DNA from: a virus | Taxonomy: Duplodnaviria > Caudoviricetes | Virus record (IMG/VR): IMGVR_UViG_3300025646_000037 | Location: 1,199 to 65,198 of that record | Strand: one strand, 5' to 3' | DNA length: 64,000 bases | Part shown: positions 57,947-64,000 of the stretch, piece after piece | Numbering within the stretch: position 1 is the first letter of the stretch | Layout: each line of letters begins with the position of its first letter | Notes under the pieces: generated by a model | Databases searched by the model: none | Told to the model about the DNA's origin: nothing | Seen by the model: the letters and a program-made list of their open reading frames with translations, nothing else | Program-made: the position numbers and the translations under genes

Positions 57947-59638
57947 ATGGCCTGGAAAAAATATTTTAAAATATCTAGCGACGTAGACCCTGGTTATATC
58001 ACAGAAGCCACTAAGGCTAATCCTGGTTACAGGAACTATCAGAGTCAACTTCCCGAAGTTTATATTGGACACCCCAATCGTATTGAACGTTACACTCAAT
58101 ACGAACAAATGGACATGGACTCAGAGGTTAATGCGGCATTAGACACTATTGCAGAGTTCTGTACACAAACTAATGTAGAGAACGGTACAGCATTTGATCT
58201 TTATTTTAAAGATGATCCTAGCGATAGCGAAATCAAAATTATTAAAGAACAATTACAAAACTGGTGTAGTCTAAACAAACTAGACCAGCGTATCTTTAAG
58301 ATGTTTAGAAACGTTTTAAAGTATGGTGACCAAGTATTTGTAAGAGACCCAGAAACATTTGAAATGTACTGGGTGGAGATGAGTAAGGTTGTTAAAGTCA
58401 TTGTTAACGAAAGTAATGGCAAAGAACCAGAGCAGTACGTAGTTAAGGATCTTAATCCTAACTTCCAAAACTTAACTGTATCCGCAGTTACAACTAGTGA
58501 TGTATATACTAACCATCCACAAGTAGGTGGTCCTAATGGTGCTTATATACAACCTAATGCACCCTATGGTAGTGGCGGTAGTCGCTTTAGTAATGCACAA
58601 AACGAGTCTGTTATTGATGCAGAGCACGTTGTACACACTAGTCTAACAGAGGGTTTAGACGTTAATTGGCCCTTTGGAAATAGCATTTTAGAGAACATTT
58701 TTAAAGTCTTTAAGCAGAAAGAACTACTTGAAGACGCTATTATTATATACAGGGTACAAAGAGCCCCTGAGCGTAGAGTATTTTACGTTGATGTAGGTAA
58801 TATGCCAAGTCACATGGCTATGGCGTTCGTTGAGCGTGTTAAAAACGAGATACATCAGCGCAGAATCCCAACACAAACTGGTGGTGGTACCAATATGATG
58901 GACGCCACATACAATCCACTTAGTATCAACGAAGATTACTTCTTCCCACAGACTGCCGAAGGTCGTGGTAGCAAGGTAGAGACACTACCTGGTGGTACTA
59001 ACTTAGGTGAGATTGACGACTTACGTTACTTCACAAACAAGTTGTTTAGAGGTCTGCGTATCCCAAGCAGTTATTTGCCAACAGGACCAGAAGATGGCTC
59101 AATGACTGTGAATGACGGGCGTGTTGGTACAGCATTAATTCAAGAGTGGCGCTTTAATCAGTATTGTAAGCGTCTACAGCGTATGATTGTTGAGAAACTC
59201 GATACAGAGTTCAAGATGTTTATGCGTTGGCGTGGTATTAACGTAGACAATAGTTTATTTGAACTACGTTTTAATGAGCCACAAAACTTTAGTAAGAACA
59301 GACAAGCAGAACTTGATAACACACGTATTAGCGCATTCAGCAATTTAGAACCTGTTCCGTATTTGAGCAAGCGTTTCTTATTGCAACGATACCTGGGACT
59401 TAGTGAAGAAGAGATGCGTGAAAACGAGGAACTTTGGAAAGAAGAGAACGGTACAGATGCTATACCTGGATCTGATGCAGGACTACGTAGTGTTGGCGTG
59501 ACACCAGCGGGTATTGATGCTGACTTAGAAACAGCAACACCGCCAGAAGCACCTGAAGAAGGCATGGAAGCAGGTGCAGATGCAGGCATGGCTCCAGCAG
59601 GACCAGAAGCGGCAGCCAGCCCTGTTCCACCAGCGTAA
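57947..59638 (+). CDS. gp20: Portal protein
   Basis: LLEDAIIIYRVQRAPERRVFYVDVGNMP, EDYFFP..EGRGSKVETLPGG.NLGEIDDL.YF. Confidence 0.95.
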   Translation: MAWKKYFKISSDVDPGYITEATKANPGYRNYQSQLPEVYIGHPNRIERYTQYEQMDMDSEVNAALDTIAEFCTQTNVENGTAFDLYFKDDPSDSEIKIIKEQLQNWCSLNKLDQRIFKMFRNVLKYGDQVFVRDPETFEMYWVEMSKVVKVIVNESNGKEPEQYVVKDLNPNFQNLTVSAVTTSDVYTNHPQVGGPNGAYIQPNAPYGSGGSRFSNAQNESVIDAEHVVHTSLTEGLDVNWPFGNSILENIFKVFKQKELLEDAIIIYRVQRAPERRVFYVDVGNMPSHMAMAFVERVKNEIHQRRIPTQTGGGTNMMDATYNPLSINEDYFFPQTAEGRGSKVETLPGGTNLGEIDDLRYFTNKLFRGLRIPSSYLPTGPEDGSMTVNDGRVGTALIQEWRFNQYCKRLQRMIVEKLDTEFKMFMRWRGINVDNSLFELRFNEPQNFSKNRQAELDNTRISAFSNLEPVPYLSKRFLLQRYLGLSEEEMRENEELWKEENGTDAIPGSDAGLRSVGVTPAGIDADLETATPPEAPEEGMEAGADAGMAPAGPEAAASPVPPA

Positions 59639-59655
59639 TAATAAATAATACTATT

Positions 59656-59877
59656 ATGTTACTAACAGAATTCTTAAATAAACATGAAGACGAAAGTTAT
59701 CCTAGTAATAACGACGATAAGAGCGTTTATAAACTAAGTGACTTGCGTAAAACTAGGCTCACATTGGCACAATTAAACAAATTAAGGAATATTAGGGACG
59801 TTAAAAAACTAGAACAAGAGAAAAAAATAAAAGACATTAGGCAACAATATAGGCCAGCACCACAACAGGCAATGTAA
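59656..59877 (+). CDS. Small head-module protein
   Basis: RKTRLTL.QLNKLR; preceded by TAAATA at 59642-59647. Confidence 0.65.
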   Translation: MLLTEFLNKHEDESYPSNNDDKSVYKLSDLRKTRLTLAQLNKLRNIRDVKKLEQEKKIKDIRQQYRPAPQQAM

Positions 59878-60007
59878 TTTAAGCAAAAAGACTCCAAGAT
59901 TTGGCGTTTTCTACGTCAAAACCGCTCAAAAACCTCTTTTTTGCAGAGTATTTCTGCACCTCCGTTAAATACTACTATAATTTTACTACCTATAGGAGTG
60001 ACTTCGC

Positions 60008-60715
60008 ATGAGTAAAAAATATGAACAGTTGATTGAATATATCATCAACGATGAGGAAGACAAAGCGAAAGAACTCTTCCACGATATCGTAGTTGAAACA
60101 AGTCGTGACATCTACGAGAATCTGATTGACGAAGAGGACTACGCTGAAGAAGAATCAGTAGAAGATATGTCTGACGCCATCGAAGCTGATGAAGAAGGTA
60201 TCAGTGAAGAAGACGACGAAATGGACATGGAAATGCCTATGGACATGGGCGATGAAGATGAAGGTGACGAAGAGTCTGAGGAAGGCGAAGAGGAAGAACT
60301 CGAAGATCGAGTTATGGACTTGGAAGATGCTTTAGACGAACTCAAAGCTGAATTCGACGCTATGATGGACGGTGACAAAGAAGAAGACGATGACATGGAA
60401 ATGGAATCAGTTGAAGAATCTGAAGAGACCGTTGAAGAGGCAGAAGAAGTAGACGAATCAGAAGAAGAAGTAACAGAAGACGAAGAAGAAGTTGTTCGTG
60501 AATATGTTGAGAAAGCACCTCAGCCAAAGAACGATTCAGCATCATCTAAGTCACCAGTAGCTGGTAAGAACGATATGGGCGGTAAGTCAGTTGATCCAAC
60601 AGGTGAAGAAAGCGGTAGCTCAACACCTAAGGTTGCTCCTGGTAAGTCCTATCAGAACACAGCTGGTGGTAAGAAAACACTCGCTAAAGCACCTGCACCA
60701 AAAACAGGTGAGTAA
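60008..60715 (+). CDS. Highly acidic prohead core-like protein
   Basis: Glu/Asp-rich; between portal and protease; GGAG RBS and TAAATA at 59966-59971. Confidence 0.65.
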   Translation: MSKKYEQLIEYIINDEEDKAKELFHDIVVETSRDIYENLIDEEDYAEEESVEDMSDAIEADEEGISEEDDEMDMEMPMDMGDEDEGDEESEEGEEEELEDRVMDLEDALDELKAEFDAMMDGDKEEDDDMEMESVEESEETVEEAEEVDESEEEVTEDEEEVVREYVEKAPQPKNDSASSKSPVAGKNDMGGKSVDPTGEESGSSTPKVAPGKSYQNTAGGKKTLAKAPAPKTGE

Positions 60716-60740
60716 TTAGAGTTTAATTAAGGATAAGCCA

Positions 60741-61364
60741 ATGGCATTACTTAAAGAACACTTAACATATGATGCGGCCCGTATTGTAACAGAGGGCTCT
60801 GAAGATGGTAAGAGTATGTATATGAAAGGTATTTTCATTCAGGGTGGTGTAAAGAATGAAAATAAACGAGTTTATCCTGTTTCAGAAATCTCTAATGCAG
60901 TTACTACTATTAATGAACAGATCAAGGGTGGTTACTCCGTCTTAGGCGAAGTAGATCATCCTGATGATCTGAAAATTAATTTAGATCGTGTTAGCCACAT
61001 GATTACTGAAATGTGGATGGACGGACCAAATGGTTTTGGTAAACTAAAGATCCTACCTACACCGATGGGAAATTTAGTCAAAACAATGTTAGAATCAGGC
61101 GTTAAATTAGGAGTAAGCTCAAGAGGCAGTGGTCAGGTCTCAGAGTCCTCAGGCGACGTCAGCGATTTTGAGATAGTAACGGTGGATGTAGTTGCACAAC
61201 CTAGTGCACCTAATGCTTATCCAACAGCGATTTACGAAGGACTGTTGAATATGAAAGGTGGACATAGGGTTCTAGAAATGGCCAGTGAGGCTAGTGCAAA
61301 TCAACGAGTACAAAAGTATCTAAAAGAGCAAGTTACTCGCTTAATTAGAGACTTAAAAATTTAG
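60741..61364 (+). CDS. gp21: Prohead protease
   Basis: GIFIQG..KNENKRVYP, LGEVDHP, GVSSRGSG, DVVAQPSAPNA. Confidence 0.95.
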   Translation: MALLKEHLTYDAARIVTEGSEDGKSMYMKGIFIQGGVKNENKRVYPVSEISNAVTTINEQIKGGYSVLGEVDHPDDLKINLDRVSHMITEMWMDGPNGFGKLKILPTPMGNLVKTMLESGVKLGVSSRGSGQVSESSGDVSDFEIVTVDVVAQPSAPNAYPTAIYEGLLNMKGGHRVLEMASEASANQRVQKYLKEQVTRLIRDLKI

Positions 61365-61373
61365 GAGATCCGT

Positions 61374-62468
61374 ATGTTAGAAGCAATCAAACCATTGCTA
61401 GATAGCGGAATTATTAACGAAGAAACAGAAATGGCAATTAATGAGGCTTGGGAAGCAAAACTTTCAGAAGCTAAAGAGACTGTACGTGCTGAACTTCGTG
61501 AGGAATTCTCACAACGCTATGAGCATGACAAATCAGTCATGGTTGAGGCTTTAGACAAAATGGTGAACGAATCTTTATCTAAGGAGCTCGCAGAGTTCGC
61601 TGAAGATAAGAAGAGACTAGCAGAAGATAGAGTTAAGTACAACCAAAAGATGTCTGAGACAGCAGATAAGTTCAAAGGCTTCTTAGTTGGTAAACTTTCT
61701 GAAGAACTCAAAGAGTTACGTGAGGACCGCAAGGTAATGGCCGGTACAATGGGCAAAGTCGAGCAGTTCGTTATTCGTCAACTCGCTGAGGAAATCAAAG
61801 AGTTTGAGCAGGACAAGAAAGACGTTGTGGAAACAAAGGTCAAACTTGTTGCTGGTGCCAAAGACAAATTGGAAGAACTTAAGGCTAAATTCATTGGTCG
61901 CTCTTCAGCTTTAGTTAAAGAAGCAGTTACTAAGAATCTAGAGTCTGAGTTAACTCAACTCAAAGAAGACATTCAACATGCTCGTGAGAACATGTTTGGA
62001 CGTAGATTGTTTGAAGCATTCGCAAGTGAATTTGCTGGTACTCATTTAAATGAGAACAAGGAAATTAAGAAACTTCAAAGCATTATTGCTGAGAAAGATC
62101 AAAAACTTGCAGAAGCAAGTCAAGCACAAGACGATGCTAAGAAATTAGTTGAATCTAAAGAGAGCGAAATTAAAGTTATTAAGGAATCTGCTCAACGTAA
62201 AGAAACAATGGGTACATTACTTAAAACATTAAACAAAGAGAAAGCCGCTGTAATGAGCGACTTATTAGAATCTGTGCAAACTGATAAACTTCAGTCTGCA
62301 TTTGACAAGTATTTGCCAGCCGTTCTTAACAACTCAAAGTTAGACCAAGCCGCAAAGCAGGTTTTAGCTGAGAGCAAAAAAGAAGTAACTGGTGACAAGA
62401 CTGCAAAGGACGTTTCAAAGTCTGATGGTAGCAATATCATTGAACTGAAGCGTTTAGCAGGGCTATAA
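61374..62468 (+). CDS. gp22: Prohead scaffold protein
   Basis: Coiled-coil Glu/Lys-rich protein between protease and major capsid protein. Confidence 0.8.
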   Translation: MLEAIKPLLDSGIINEETEMAINEAWEAKLSEAKETVRAELREEFSQRYEHDKSVMVEALDKMVNESLSKELAEFAEDKKRLAEDRVKYNQKMSETADKFKGFLVGKLSEELKELREDRKVMAGTMGKVEQFVIRQLAEEIKEFEQDKKDVVETKVKLVAGAKDKLEELKAKFIGRSSALVKEAVTKNLESELTQLKEDIQHARENMFGRRLFEAFASEFAGTHLNENKEIKKLQSIIAEKDQKLAEASQAQDDAKKLVESKESEIKVIKESAQRKETMGTLLKTLNKEKAAVMSDLLESVQTDKLQSAFDKYLPAVLNNSKLDQAAKQVLAESKKEVTGDKTAKDVSKSDGSNIIELKRLAGL

Positions 62469-62496
62469 TATAGTAAAACTATTAGGAGAAACTGAA

Positions 62497-63675
62497 ATGT
62501 CAGATACTTTACTAGAAGGCCGTTGGGGTGAGACCAAAGATGCCCTGTTAGAAGGTTTACAAGGTTCTCGCCGCACATCTATGAATGTTATCTTAGAAAA
62601 TACTAAGAAGCATTTGATGGAAGCCGCAACAGGTGGTGCAACAACAAGTGGTAACGTTGCAACATTAAACAGAGTTATTTTACCAGTCATTAGACGTGTA
62701 ATGCCAACCGTTATTGCTAACGAAATCGTTGGTGTTCAGCCTATGACAGGTCCAGTAGCACAAATTCACACATTACGTGTTCGTTATGCTGAAACTACAA
62801 ATGATACTTCATCATACAACACAGATACAACAGCTGGTGACGAAGCACTTTCACCATTCAAGATTGCAACAGCATATTCTGGTTCTTTAACATCAGGTCG
62901 TGCTGACAGCACAGCTACACTTGAAGGTTCACCAGGACGTAAGATCAATGTTCAGATCTTAAAGCAAGTTGTTGAAGCAAAAACCAGAAAGCTATCAGCT
63001 CGCTGGACATTTGAAGCCGCTCAAGACGCACAGTCTATGCACGGTTTAGATGTTGAAGCAGAGATTATGGCTGCTCTTGCACAAGAGATTACTGTTGAAA
63101 TCGACCAGGAAGTACTTGGTTCTTTAAGAAGCCTTGCCGCTACTGAAGAAACATACAACCAGGCAGCAGTTTCAGGTACAGCTACATACGTTGGTGACGA
63201 GCATGCCGCTCTTGCTGTTTTAGTTAACAGAGTTGCTAACAAGATTGCTCAAAGAACAAGACGTGGTGCAGGTAACTGGGCAGTTGTTTCCCCAGCCGCA
63301 TTAACAGTTCTTCAGAGCGCAACAACAAGTGCTTTTGCACGTACAACAGAAGGTACATTTGAAGCTCCTACAAACACTAAGTTTGTTGGTACATTAAATG
63401 GTGCTATGCGTGTATATGTTGATTCATATGCAAGCGACACAACTCCAGTTCTTGTTGGTTATAAGGGTTCAAGCGAAGCTGATGCAGCCGCTTTCTACTG
63501 CCCATATATTCCATTAATGAGCTCTGGTGTTGTTTTAGATCCAGCAACATTTGAACCAGTTGTAGGCTTTATGACAAGATACGGCTACGTTGAATTGACT
63601 AATACTGCGTCATCTCTTGGTAACGCCGGAGATTACGTGGGTGAAATTGCAATGAGCAATTTGTCATTCTCATAA
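62497..63675 (+). CDS. gp23: Major capsid protein
   Basis: IRRVMP..IANEIVGVQPMTGP, AKTRKL.ARWT.E.AQD, AFYCPYIPL, FEP.VGFMTRYG. Confidence 0.96.
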   Translation: MSDTLLEGRWGETKDALLEGLQGSRRTSMNVILENTKKHLMEAATGGATTSGNVATLNRVILPVIRRVMPTVIANEIVGVQPMTGPVAQIHTLRVRYAETTNDTSSYNTDTTAGDEALSPFKIATAYSGSLTSGRADSTATLEGSPGRKINVQILKQVVEAKTRKLSARWTFEAAQDAQSMHGLDVEAEIMAALAQEITVEIDQEVLGSLRSLAATEETYNQAAVSGTATYVGDEHAALAVLVNRVANKIAQRTRRGAGNWAVVSPAALTVLQSATTSAFARTTEGTFEAPTNTKFVGTLNGAMRVYVDSYASDTTPVLVGYKGSSEADAAAFYCPYIPLMSSGVVLDPATFEPVVGFMTRYGYVELTNTASSLGNAGDYVGEIAMSNLSFS

Positions 63676-63728
63676 TTGTAGCAGTTCAAAACGCAACAAA
63701 AAAATCCTGTTCGGAATGGGATACAAGG

Positions 63729-63752
63729 AAGGAGTCGAAAGACTCCTTTTTT
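63729..63752 (+). terminator. Intrinsic terminator after gp23
   Basis: AAGGAGTC-GAAA-GACTCCTT followed by TTTT. Confidence 0.88.
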
Positions 63753-63765
63753 GTGGCTGTTACAA

Positions 63766-63772
63766 ATAAATA
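63766..63772 (+). promoter_or_regulatory. Late promoter-like element
   Basis: ATAAATA directly after the terminator. Confidence 0.6.
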
Positions 63773-63777
63773 CTAAT

Positions 63778-63865
63778 GTTCAGTAGTTATGGGAAAGTCT
63801 AGAAAAGGTTTCTAGACCCAACTGACTTATGCTGTCCCCACAGCGTAGCGACTAGAACTCGCATT
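63778..63865 (+). ncRNA. Candidate structured 5' leader RNA
   Basis: Three consecutive hairpins between the late promoter and the RBS of the next gene. Confidence 0.45.
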
Positions 63866-63891
63866 GGACTTCTAAATATAGGAGAAAACAA

Positions 63892-64000
63892 ATGGGAAGA
63901 CCTTTAAAATTAGCAGAAACAGTTGACGGCAACTTAAAAGTTCCTTCAGCAAACACAACAGGTACTATCGGTAATACATCACTGTCTGGCGCAACACAGA
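63892..64000 (+). CDS. Putative virion protein, 5' part only
   Basis: GGAGA RBS at 63881; MGRPLKLAETVDGNLKVPSANTTGTIGNTSLSGATQ open to the window end. Confidence 0.6.
   Translation, partial: MGRPLKLAETVDGNLKVPSANTTGTIGNTSLSGATQ

Noticed and set aside
59900-59958. Two small hairpins upstream of the acidic head protein
   Set aside because: Short stems without a clear + strand U-tract; insufficient support for a terminator or RNA call
60130-60500. GAA-rich low-complexity tract as a DNA repeat element
   Set aside because: Explained by Glu/Asp codons of the acidic prohead core-like protein
15-63242. Numerous 60-200 aa ORFs antisense to or nested in the long genes (e.g. 13813..14349, 19923..20534, 57036..57467)
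   Set aside because: Shadow ORFs of the real coding strand, with no recognisable motifs or translation signals
1-64000. Stop-codon reassignment, inteins or tRNA genes
   Set aside because: Core genes are full length in the standard code and TAA, TAG and TGA all act as stops; gp46, gp47, gp20 and gp23 show no intein-sized insertions; no cloverleaf was seen in the short intergenic gaps

Overview
Fragment of a large, AT-rich T4-like (myovirus) phage genome read in the standard genetic code. Its architecture resembles RaK2/GAP32-type and uncultured aquatic jumbo-like phages (inferred from gene content, not from a database search). (1) 1-18 kb, minus strand: a tightly overlapping operon of modification enzymes, namely six radical-SAM proteins with N-terminal twitch/SPASM-like domains, an amidinotransferase, a class III aminotransferase, an NAD-dependent epimerase-like protein, SGNH-like proteins and several glycosyltransferase-like proteins. 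(2) 18-49 kb, minus strand: fibre and baseplate genes, including a 3650-aa baseplate protein and gp6, gp25, gp5-like and gp53 homologues. (3) 49-53.5 kb, plus strand: gp55 late sigma factor, gp47/gp46 and a minimal GIY-YIG nuclease, followed directly by a ~340-nt highly structured non-coding region with four GNRA-capped hairpins and a candidate pseudoknot. (4) A sugar acetyltransferase, gp51 and gp26 on the minus strand, then a tape-measure-like gene and the head module gp20, gp21, gp22, gp23 on the plus strand. The best candidates for undescribed biology are the GIY-YIG plus structured ncRNA locus and the radical-SAM/glycan-tailoring operon. The giant baseplate gene also appears split by an in-frame fusion of a triplicated virion domain.
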